Below, in pieces: positions 1-6,386 of a stretch of DNA of 11,892 nt. Source of the DNA: an uncultured Gammaproteobacteria bacterium (GTDB lineage: Bacteria; Patescibacteriota; Microgenomatia; Daviesbacterales; UBA10151). The position numbers and the translations under genes were made by a program. Numbering within the stretch: the first letter of the stretch is position 1; each line of letters opens with the position of its first letter. Under the pieces are notes generated by a model. It saw nothing but the letters and a program-made list of their open reading frames with translations. It was not told the origin of the DNA and did no database searches. The stretch covers positions 1 to 11,892 of the forward strand of contig CAYHYM010000015.1 in NCBI GenBank assembly GCA_964360965.1, given 5' to 3'.

Positions 1-1728
1 AAAAGATGATTGAGACTGACCAATGATATTTCTGATCATTTTATTGGTAACAAAACGGCCAAATTTGGAAACCGTATAATCCAAAACTTCTGATTTGTGA
101 AAATCAGCAGTTTGGGCAATCTGATCTGTCCAGTAGCGGCGGACCACCGGGTCAGTCACATAGGGCAGTAGTTCCTGGACAAATTTAGCATCTGTCATCA
201 CCCTCATCACCTCCACAAAAGTAGATCCTGCCACTGACATAGCAGTTAACATGGCATTTCTGACTCCATGTTCAAATCTGGGACCAATAATACCTGTTCT
301 TTGAGGATCAAACAGTTTATACATCAACCCGATGATGGAGGCCACCACAAAATGTTTCTGCTCCTCACTGCTGGACTCCAGCATATTAAGGCCCAAAGGA
401 CGATCCAAATTTGAGGGATCAAAATAAATTACATCCTCCGCTCGAGAAGGCGGAATCAGCTCCAATATCTCCTCTGCAGCATCACCGTGCGGATCAATAA
501 AGGCCAAACCTTTGCCGGATAAAATATCCTGCAGTATTAAAGATTTCAAAAACTCGGTTTTGCCGGTACCGGTTCTGCCTATCACATACATGTGACGGCG
601 CCTGTCATCATCAGACAGATAAACCGGCCGGTCAATGCCGCGGAATATTGACCGCCCTAAAAAAAGACCGGAGGTGGGGATTGTTTCCGGAGCAGGGGCC
701 CCCTTAAATGACAACCACATAATGTGAGGAGTTTCCACGCTTTTATTGGGAAAATGGAAAATTGAGGATAGCTCATCTGATGTCAGAATGGAAGGTTTGG
801 TAAATCTGGGAGGATAACGGTAGATAAAATCAGTCATAAAGCCTTTTTCCGATCTGATTTTTAAAGAAGACAGAGAGTTGTAAGGGCCGGAAAACTGCTC
901 CAGGGCAGAGCGGATATTAGCAAGATGAGCTTTGGCCAAATCTTGACTTGTTGATGACACCACTATCCGTAATGTTGTTTCAAAACCCGGGCGGGATATC
1001 TTCCCCTCAACTGCCTCAATCTGCTTGGCATCAGGAGGAGGTTTGGGACTGTCTGGTTTGCCCGGATCTTTTTCCTTTTTCAGCCAGGCTCGGCCTCCAT
1101 CTTTCCAAGAATTGGCGGAGGGAGAAATCACAAGCTGTATTACTGCCCCTTCTTGAGGATCCATCTTGGCCAAAGATGAGGTGAGAGCGGAGAGCGGATC
1201 TGTCGGCAGATCACGAAAAGTTTTAAAAGGAAAAAAATCAGAGCTTCTTAGTTTCAAAGAAGCGTAGGCTGTCTGACCTTGCTCTGAAAAAATATTATAT
1301 TCAGGCACCTCTTGTATCTGGGCATCAGGGTAGGCTCCATTGATCTGTTTTTCCACCAAATCTTTCTGGTTGGCGTGGCATGACACCAAAAACCTGATAG
1401 ATTCATGCAAGGCCACAATTTCAAAGGACAGATAAGGCTGAGGTTTAAAAGCAGAAAACCATCCCCCACTTTTTCTTAGAGAGGCAAATTGGGCAAACAG
1501 CTGTTCTGCCGCATCAATTTTAATCTCATTATCCCTGGGCACTCTGATCTGAAGCAACACATTTTGCAAAGATTCCCTTTCCCTGTCTTGATATTTTATA
1601 AAACCAACCAGAAACCTCCAAAAATAAACTGCCATCCCTGCTACAGCAAGCAACAGGCCAAAAAGGCCTAAGATAATTAATACAAGGGTGACAAAATCCG
1701 GCGATGATTCATTTACTGCTACTTCCAT
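1..1728 (-). CDS. VirD4/TraG/TraD-like type IV secretion coupling-protein family P-loop ATPase (N-terminal 576 codons; C-terminus lies beyond the left window edge)
   Basis: Line-by-line hand translation of the reverse complement gives an uninterrupted 576-codon frame from ATG at 1728 down to base 1 (MEVAVNESSPDFVTLVLIILGLFGLLLAVAGMAVYFW...IFHFPNKSVETPHIMW...YVIGRTGTGKTEFLKSLILQDILSGKGLAFIDPHGD...). It has one N-terminal TM helix, a Walker A GRTGTGKT (556-579) and a following hhhDPHGD motif. GGAGG (1741-1737) lies 8 nt upstream of the ATG. It is absent from the ORF track only because no stop codon falls inside the window. Family assignment is from motif and architecture recall, not a search. 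Confidence 0.8.
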   Translation of the reverse strand, partial: MEVAVNESSPDFVTLVLIILGLFGLLLAVAGMAVYFWRFLVGFIKYQDRERESLQNVLLQIRVPRDNEIKIDAAEQLFAQFASLRKSGGWFSAFKPQPYLSFEIVALHESIRFLVSCHANQKDLVEKQINGAYPDAQIQEVPEYNIFSEQGQTAYASLKLRSSDFFPFKTFRDLPTDPLSALTSSLAKMDPQEGAVIQLVISPSANSWKDGGRAWLKKEKDPGKPDSPKPPPDAKQIEAVEGKISRPGFETTLRIVVSSTSQDLAKAHLANIRSALEQFSGPYNSLSSLKIRSEKGFMTDFIYRYPPRFTKPSILTSDELSSIFHFPNKSVETPHIMWLSFKGAPAPETIPTSGLFLGRSIFRGIDRPVYLSDDDRRRHMYVIGRTGTGKTEFLKSLILQDILSGKGLAFIDPHGDAAEEILELIPPSRAEDVIYFDPSNLDRPLGLNMLESSSEEQKHFVVASIIGLMYKLFDPQRTGIIGPRFEHGVRNAMLTAMSVAGSTFVEVMRVMTDAKFVQELLPYVTDPVVRRYWTDQIAQTADFHKSEVLDYTVSKFGRFVTNKMIRNIIGQSQSSF

Positions 1729-2055
1729 TTAAGCTGCCTCCTTCAGTTCTGAACCGGGATTTATTCTTCTTAGTTTTGCTTTAAGCCTTTCTAAAAAATT
1801 TTCTGATCCTGCTGTTCTTACCAAACTGCCACCCAAAACAGGCCTGGTTAAATCCTCTGCCAAAGATCCCATAAATTCTGCTCCAGTCTTTACCAATTCT
1901 GGTGTCTTGGGAAAAGAGGTTTCATCGTTTGTTGGTGTGACATCTTCTTTATTGACCGGTATTCCATGAGCATTAGTCTGATCTGTAATTTTTTGCACAT
2001 GATCCTCATCTATCTGATCTCTGGTGATGATATTCTCCTCTGGGACAGTGGGCAT
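1729..2055 (-). CDS. hypothetical small acidic protein (108 aa), translationally coupled to the downstream coupling-protein-like ATPase
   Basis: ORF track entry. Its TAA stop (1731-1729) directly abuts the ATG of the ATPase gene (TAAATG), and the ATPase SD GGAGG lies inside its last codons. No TM segment and no recognisable motif. The N-terminal half is D/E/T-rich and the C-terminal tail is basic (LKAKLRRINPG). Confidence 0.6.
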   Translation of the reverse strand: MPTVPEENIITRDQIDEDHVQKITDQTNAHGIPVNKEDVTPTNDETSFPKTPELVKTGAEFMGSLAEDLTRPVLGGSLVRTAGSENFLERLKAKLRRINPGSELKEAA

Positions 2056-2095
2056 ATTAGTAGTGTATCATACTGACTATGATTTTAAAGGTTAA
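2042..2095. promoter_or_regulatory. candidate bidirectional promoter in a 23-bp divergent gap, with a shared symmetric -10
   Basis: Only 23 nt (2056-2078) separate the two divergent ATGs. The near-palindrome GTATCATAC (2065-2073) reads TATCAT on + (2066-2071, 7 nt before ATG 2079) and TATGAT on - (2072-2067, 11 nt before ATG 2055). Weak -35-like hexamers are GGGACA (2042-2047, 18-nt spacer) for + and TTAACC (2095-2090, 17-nt spacer) for -. Neither ATG has an SD. Confidence 0.3.
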
Positions 2096-2792
2096 AAAAA
2101 TCAAAAAAAACACCGGAGATGTTTTTAGCATGATCTTTAAAAAACCCCAAAAATTTTTCTTTTATCCAGGACAATATTTGGAAATTATACTGCCCATAAA
2201 AAATGACCAACGAGGAAATTCTCGTAACTTTACTATCTCTTCCTCCCCCACTGAAAGGTATTTGATGATTACCACCAAAATTGGAGTTAGTCCATTTAAA
2301 AAATACCTGGAATTATTAAAAGTTGGAGATAGAGTTGAGTCTTCTCACCCAGCCGGCACCTTCACTTTAGATGAAACAGAACCAGCCATCTTTATAGCTG
2401 GTGGAATCGGCATTACTCCATTCAGAAGCATGATTAAATATGCTGTTACTAATGAACAAGTTCTTTCCTCCGGAAATAAAATTAAAACTCCAATTACTCT
2501 AATTTATTCTAATTCAGATAATAATTTTCTATTTAAAAAAGAATTGAAAAAATGGAAAAAGAATCTATCGAATCTCACTATCATTTATCATAACTCCAGC
2601 CAAAATGGCCGCCTCACTAAACTATACCCTATACCCTACCTTTCCGAAGGAAAGGCAAGCTCTGCTTATACCCTAAACCCTATCTACTATCTTGCAGGAC
2701 CACCACAGTTTGTCGATGATATGGAAAAGATTTTGTTTGATTTAGGAGTAGATCAGGTAAATATCCGCTATGATCGCTTTGATGGCTATTGA
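2079..2792 (+). CDS. ferredoxin-NADP reductase-like (FNR family) FAD/NAD(P)-binding oxidoreductase, stand-alone two-domain form
   Basis: 237 aa. It has the FAD-binding RxxS-type motif RNFTISSSP, the upstream FYPGQYLEI strand, the NAD(P)-binding IAGGIGITPFRSM (GGxGxxP) and a C-terminal YLAGPPQFVDDM (CGP-like motif with C to A). No Fe-S, haem or flavodoxin partner domain. Its last 9 codons plus stop lie in repeat copy A. Confidence 0.85.
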   Translation: MILKVKKIKKNTGDVFSMIFKKPQKFFFYPGQYLEIILPIKNDQRGNSRNFTISSSPTERYLMITTKIGVSPFKKYLELLKVGDRVESSHPAGTFTLDETEPAIFIAGGIGITPFRSMIKYAVTNEQVLSSGNKIKTPITLIYSNSDNNFLFKKELKKWKKNLSNLTIIYHNSSQNGRLTKLYPIPYLSEGKASSAYTLNPIYYLAGPPQFVDDMEKILFDLGVDQVNIRYDRFDGY

Positions 2793-2793
2793 T
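2764..2793. repeat. 30-bp direct repeat, copy A (TCCGCTATGATCGCTTTGATGGCTATTGAT)
   Basis: Identical base for base to 3946-3975, with mismatches immediately outside both ends (A2763/C3945 and A2794/T3976). It covers the final codons ..IRYDRFDGY and the TGA (2790-2792) of the FNR-like gene. Internally it is three phased ~10-bp units: CCGCTATGAT / CGCTTTGAT / GGCTATTGAT. Confidence 0.95.
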
Positions 2794-2797
2794 AGAG

Positions 2798-2803
2798 TAT
2801 AAT
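2798..2803 (+). promoter_or_regulatory. consensus -10 hexamer TATAAT, 6 nt upstream of the cassette ATG (possible leaderless transcript)
   Basis: TATAAT at 2798-2803, then AGAAAT, then ATG at 2810. There is no SD in between and no convincing -35. It sits inside the insert, 4 nt from its left boundary. Confidence 0.3.
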
Positions 2804-2809
2804 AGAAAT

Positions 2810-3928
2810 ATGGCTGATGTGGTACAAACTGAAGCTCCAACTCCTGTTAGTCATCAAGAAAAAGTGGCAGGTTTATACGGAGATAAATACTTACGTGAGT
2901 CAGAAGTTAGAACGCTACACTCTCTCCTTCAAGACCACCCATCAGTAATGGTCATGGGATCTATAGGCAGAGGTAAATCTACTTTTATGTCCGAGGCTTT
3001 TTACTATACCAGAGAGATGAAAAAGCATGGTGGAGTTGCTCGTTCTGTATTCTTTTTTGATCTCCATGAGCTTGATAGACATATCAGACTTCTGGAGGGA
3101 ACAGAAAGTACCCCTGAGGACATAGCAAAAACAGCCCATCCCATACTTGATTGGCTAGATCATCAGAGGCAAGGACCAGATCTACAGGATATACCACCTA
3201 CTGAGAGGCCAATACTTTTTATAGATGCTGGTGATGTTTTTTTCTTGGAGCATTTGGGTTCTGAATACTTTCCAGCGTATAAATCTACTCAATGGAGACC
3301 GATTGAACTATTAGAAGGCAAACCAGATGCACAGCAAGGTTATTTAAGACAGTACGTCAGACAGGCCAAAGCGGAAAAAGAGACCATCAGAGTTGATATG
3401 GCCCGAGTTTTAAATCGACCATTACCCACCCCTGAAACTCCCGAGCAAATAGAGCTATGGGTTAATTGGGCGATGCATAGATTTCCTAAATATCGAGCGT
3501 TCGAAGAAACAAGGGAGCAACTATTTAACAAAGTTATTCAGGCACTTCAAGAAGGAAGAGTCAGGGTGGTACTAACTGACCACGGTTATTCGAGAGAAAG
3601 TATGAAAGCAGGAGGAGAGGGAGTTAATAGGCAAGCATGTTTGTATATGCTAGAAAGGTATAACCAGCTGTTTGCTGACTCCTACCGATACGATCTGCCA
3701 GCAAGTTATCAAACAGGCAAGGCTAGAACATTTTTACAGAGACGGGGGGTAAATGATCTTGAATTACAAGATGAAATTATAGAAGCTACAGGGGCAGAAC
3801 ACAAACTACTAACACTGGCCATTACCCCAGAAGTTATTCAAACCCTTAATACTGCTCATTCAGAAGAACATAGAAAAGGAATTTTACAAAGAGCAGTTGA
3901 ATCCTATGTTGAATCCTATAAAAAATAA
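2810..3928 (+). CDS. orphan P-loop NTPase of unknown function (372 aa from ATG 2810; the ORF track starts it at TTG 2789)
   Basis: Walker A VMVMGSIGRGKSTF (GSIGRGKST at 2957-2983). Walker B-like hydrophobic strand ending in Asp, PILFIDAGD (3212-3235). A later VRVVLTDHG strand and a helical C-terminal half. I prefer ATG 2810 because TTG 2789 overlaps the upstream stop and adds only 7 residues. I recognise no specific family beyond the P-loop. Confidence 0.75.
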   Translation: MADVVQTEAPTPVSHQEKVAGLYGDKYLRESEVRTLHSLLQDHPSVMVMGSIGRGKSTFMSEAFYYTREMKKHGGVARSVFFFDLHELDRHIRLLEGTESTPEDIAKTAHPILDWLDHQRQGPDLQDIPPTERPILFIDAGDVFFLEHLGSEYFPAYKSTQWRPIELLEGKPDAQQGYLRQYVRQAKAEKETIRVDMARVLNRPLPTPETPEQIELWVNWAMHRFPKYRAFEETREQLFNKVIQALQEGRVRVVLTDHGYSRESMKAGGEGVNRQACLYMLERYNQLFADSYRYDLPASYQTGKARTFLQRRGVNDLELQDEIIEATGAEHKLLTLAITPEVIQTLNTAHSEEHRKGILQRAVESYVESYKK

Positions 3929-3945
3929 CTCATCTCGCCTCGCTC

Positions 3946-3975
3946 TCCGCTATGATCGCTTTGATGGCTATTGAT
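3946..3975. repeat. 30-bp direct repeat, copy B
   Basis: Perfect match to 2764-2793. Positions 3968-3975 encode the last two codons and the TAG stop of the minus-strand receiver gene. Positions 3946-3967 are non-coding yet still identical to copy A. Confidence 0.95.
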
Positions 3976-4342
3976 TAAAAAATTCATTGATGCGTCCAAC
4001 CACCTCCTGGGGCAGATGTTCAACTTTTAAAAGATAGCCCACTGCTCCCAAAGACAGGCAGTCTTTGATAATATCCTCCTGTCCCAGATTTGATAAAACC
4101 ATCACCGGAATATTTTTGGTTAAATCATTACCCTTTAAATCCCGCAGCACCTCCACCCCATTTTTTTTAGGCAACATGATGTCCAAAAGGATCAGGTCAA
4201 ATTTTTGATTTTGAGCCATTTTTATTCCTTCCTCTCCATCTTGAGCCACCATCACTTCATATCCAGCTTGAGTTAACACTCTTTTATAAAGATCAAAAAT
4301 AAACTTATCGTCCTCAATCAGTAAAATTTTTTTAGGATTCAT
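3968..4342 (-). CDS. single-domain response regulator (CheY-like receiver, no output domain)
   Basis: 124 aa. It has the N-terminal acidic pair ILLIEDD, the phospho-acceptor context DLILLDIMLP, a conserved S/T in VMVLSN and a K in YLLKV. Its ATG overlaps the trxB stop (ATGA at 4342-4339). Confidence 0.9.
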   Translation of the reverse strand: MNPKKILLIEDDKFIFDLYKRVLTQAGYEVMVAQDGEEGIKMAQNQKFDLILLDIMLPKKNGVEVLRDLKGNDLTKNIPVMVLSNLGQEDIIKDCLSLGAVGYLLKVEHLPQEVVGRINEFFNQ

Positions 4343-5277
4343 ATTATCTTAATATTCTCCAAATATTCTTCTACATCCATGGCGGCTTTACAGCCCATGC
4401 CGGCTGCGGTGACAGCTTGGCGATAATGATAATCCCCCACATCTCCTGCCACAAATACTCCTTCAACTGAAGAATAAGTCTCATTTTTTAAAACTACATA
4501 CCCTTTCTCATCTAATTCCACTTGTCCTTTTAAAAAATCTGTATTAGGTCTGTGGCCAATGGCAATAAAGACTCCATCTATTTGTATGGTACTAATCTTA
4601 CCATTTTGAGTACTTTTTATCTTCACTCCCGTTACTTTATCTTGCCCCAATACTTCTTCCAAGGTAGAATTCCAGATAAATTTAACATTTGGTTTACTTT
4701 TGACTAATTCTTGCAAAGCAGCTTGAGCCCTTAACTTATCTCTACGGTGTACCACTGTAACTTGTTGACATAGTTTAGCAAGATATGCTGCCTCCCTCAT
4801 GGCAGTATCCCCTCCTCCTACCACAATCACAGCCTTATCCTTAAAGAAAAATCCGTCACAAACCGCACAAGCTGAAACACCTTTCCCCCTCAGTCTTTGT
4901 TCTGACTCCAAATTAAGCCACATGGCAGAGGCACCGGTGGCTACGATTATGGCTTCAGTGGACAGCGGGTCCCCAGTTTCAGTTTTAATCTCAAAAGGAT
5001 TTTTTTTAAGATTTAAAGACACCACATCTTCATTGATAAATCTAACCCCAAACCTTTCTGCCTGTTTTCTAAATTTATCCATCAACTCTGGACCTTGGAT
5101 ACCACTTTCAAAACCCGGGAAGTCATCCACGTCTGTAGTTAACATCAGTTGCCCACCTGCCTCACGTCCTGCAATCACTACAGGATTTAAAGCTCCTCTG
5201 GCCCCGTAAATGGCAGCTGTTAAACCTGCAGGCCCAGAACCAATTATGATTAGTTTTTCAACTTGAGAATTTTCCAT
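4339..5277 (-). CDS. trxB: thioredoxin-disulfide reductase (low-Mr TrxR)
   Basis: 312 aa. FAD-binding GSGPAGLTAAIY, redox-active CAVCDG, NADPH motif GGGDTAMREAAYL...VHRRDKLRA, and C-terminal GVFVAGDV. Confidence 0.9.
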   Translation of the reverse strand: MENSQVEKLIIIGSGPAGLTAAIYGARGALNPVVIAGREAGGQLMLTTDVDDFPGFESGIQGPELMDKFRKQAERFGVRFINEDVVSLNLKKNPFEIKTETGDPLSTEAIIVATGASAMWLNLESEQRLRGKGVSACAVCDGFFFKDKAVIVVGGGDTAMREAAYLAKLCQQVTVVHRRDKLRAQAALQELVKSKPNVKFIWNSTLEEVLGQDKVTGVKIKSTQNGKISTIQIDGVFIAIGHRPNTDFLKGQVELDEKGYVVLKNETYSSVEGVFVAGDVGDYHYRQAVTAAGMGCKAAMDVEEYLENIKII

Positions 5278-5282
5278 GAAGG

Positions 5283-5933
5283 TTACTTCTTCTTTATGCT
5301 CAATATCAAGCTTGATGATAACAGCCCAAAGGCAGATCCCAAAAATCCCCCTCCCAAAACATCAGATAACCAATGCTCTCCCAGATATATTCTGGTCAAA
5401 AACATCATCAATGTAAAAGTGAGCATCGAAAATACTACCATAAATTTTAGACTGATGTTTAAACGGGAGGATAAAATAATTACTAAAAATATGGTGACCA
5501 AAAAGGCAGTCCTTAACATATGGCCTGACGGATAAGAAAAATTAGTCTGCACATAAAATGAGGGCAGGGTAGTTTCTAAAATGCTTCTGTGCAGTAAAAC
5601 AGGAGGAGCAGGATGAAACAACACCAGCTTGCCAAAAATTTCACCCAATGTGGCCGGTATAATCATCAGCCAGCCCAAAAAAGAGAACATTTTAAATCTT
5701 ATCAGGCTCAAAAAAGAAAATATGGCAGCAATTCCCACTGTTACTTCCACACTGCCAAATAAAGAAAAGTATGAAAAAAAAGTGTCAAAATTTCTGGGAA
5801 TACGATCTTGCAGCTTAACAGTGGTATCAAAGTCTATGCTTTGCCAAAACTCCTGCGCCACCGTGTAGGAAACAAAAGTAAAGATGGCAAAAAAAGCTAT
5901 GGACAGCAGCAATAACAGGAATTTAATCTTCAC
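5283..5933 (-). CDS. PAP2-family membrane phosphatase (phosphatidic acid / undecaprenyl-diphosphate phosphatase-like)
   Basis: 216 aa and polytopic. PAP2 signature motifs SYPSGH and TRIYLGEHWLSDVLGG (SRxxxxxHxxxD-type). The first K(x6)RP motif is degenerate (KLVLFHPAPP). It uses a GTG start at 5933, and an in-frame TAG lies 9 nt upstream. Confidence 0.85.
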   Translation of the reverse strand: MKIKFLLLLLSIAFFAIFTFVSYTVAQEFWQSIDFDTTVKLQDRIPRNFDTFFSYFSLFGSVEVTVGIAAIFSFLSLIRFKMFSFLGWLMIIPATLGEIFGKLVLFHPAPPVLLHRSILETTLPSFYVQTNFSYPSGHMLRTAFLVTIFLVIILSSRLNISLKFMVVFSMLTFTLMMFLTRIYLGEHWLSDVLGGGFLGSAFGLLSSSLILSIKKK

Positions 5934-5942
5934 AGTATAAAT

Positions 5943-6386
5943 CTACTCTACCACAACATTTCCCTCTACTCCCTTTTGCCGATGGTTGCCCACGCTGCAG
6001 AACATGCTAAATTGTCCATCCTTTGCGGGGATAAATTCTAAACTATCTTCCTGACCTCCTGATATAGTCTTTGTGGCCACACCCAGCTCTGTAATGGTTA
6101 AATTATGAGGAAGTTTTCCATTATTCTTTAAGATTATCTTAACCTTTTCTCCCTTTTTTAATGATATTTTGGCAGGAATCAGCTTAAAATCAGAAACCTC
6201 AACTATCAATTCATTTACTGTAACTTGATCAGCAGAAGAAGTGGCAGGAGTAGTTGGTTGTGCAACTGGACTCTCTGTGGGTAATGGAGAAGAATACGGT
6301 ATCTGTTGCCGAGACTGCGCCCACCAAAATACCAATATCAAGATTGCCAGTCCTACTAAAATCAAAATGCTATTTTGACGAGACAT
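5943..6386 (-). CDS. membrane-anchored cupredoxin-domain protein (type-1 copper-like fold)
   Basis: 147 aa. N-terminal TM anchor, a Pro/Thr/Ser linker, then a cupredoxin-like domain with candidate ligands His in LPHNLT and Cys/His in FCSVGNH (Cx4H). The usual HxxxGM axial Met position reads HRQKGV. Its ATG shares one base with the upstream stop (TAATG at 6388-6384). Confidence 0.7.
   Translation of the reverse strand: MSRQNSILILVGLAILILVFWWAQSRQQIPYSSPLPTESPVAQPTTPATSSADQVTVNELIVEVSDFKLIPAKISLKKGEKVKIILKNNGKLPHNLTITELGVATKTISGGQEDSLEFIPAKDGQFSMFCSVGNHRQKGVEGNVVVE

Larger units (their letters stand above)
2794..3945 (+). mobile_element. candidate single-gene insertion (cassette) bounded by the 30-bp direct repeats; mobility mechanism unknown
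   Basis: The 1152 nt between the repeat copies consist of 16 nt, a 1119-nt ORF and 17 nt. Removing one 1182-bp repeat unit restores an intact junction in which the FNR-like TGA and the receiver-gene stop overlap by 7 nt. I could find no terminal inverted repeats and no transposase or integrase motif. Confidence 0.45.

Noticed and set aside
948-1671. Track ORFs 948-1184 (+), 1254-1469 (-) and 1489-1671 (+)
   Set aside because: All lie inside, and out of frame with or antisense to, the uninterrupted 576-codon minus-strand ATPase frame (1-1728), which has clear motifs. They have no motifs or signals of their own.
2094-2110. A7 and A8 homopolymer runs in the first 11 codons of the FNR-like gene as a phase-variation tract
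   Set aside because: They encode a Lys-rich N-terminus (KVKKIKKN) in an AT-rich gene. The frame is intact and nothing else suggests slipped-strand switching.
2789-2809. TTG start at 2789 for the cassette ORF, and likewise TTG 7134 for the binding-protein ORF
   Set aside because: These are N-terminal extensions from non-ATG codons with no SD. The in-frame ATGs at 2810 and 7170 sit 6-7 nt after -10-like hexamers, and the 7170 product begins directly with the TM anchor. TTG 2789 does form a TTGA overlap with the upstream stop, so it is not fully excluded.
2079-3945. Compositional (GC) contrast between the FNR-like gene, the insert and the flanks as evidence of horizontal transfer
   Set aside because: Hand counts of individual 60-nt lines vary widely: about 25-48% within the FNR-like gene and about 40-43% in the insert. 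I cannot support a quantitative claim without a proper sliding-window calculation.
2764-3975. CRISPR array, IS element or integron cassette as the explanation for the 30-bp repeats
   Set aside because: There are only two copies, separated by 1152 bp of coding sequence, so this is not a repeat-spacer array. There are no terminal inverted repeats and no transposase. I found no attC-like imperfect palindrome or GTTRRRY core at the cassette 3' end, and no integrase nearby.
4799-5209. Long antisense ORFs: 4799-5209 (+) in trxB, 9598-10188 (-) in the kinase gene, 11164-11589 and 11322-11570 (-) in the FIST gene, 5263-5535 and 5629-5868 (+) in the PAP2 gene, and 6813-7082, 6881-7063 (+) and 6957-7142 (-) over the RnfD-like gene
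   Set aside because: Each fully overlaps a motif-rich gene on the opposite strand. Their translations are low-complexity or motif-free and they have no start signals, so they are typical shadow ORFs.
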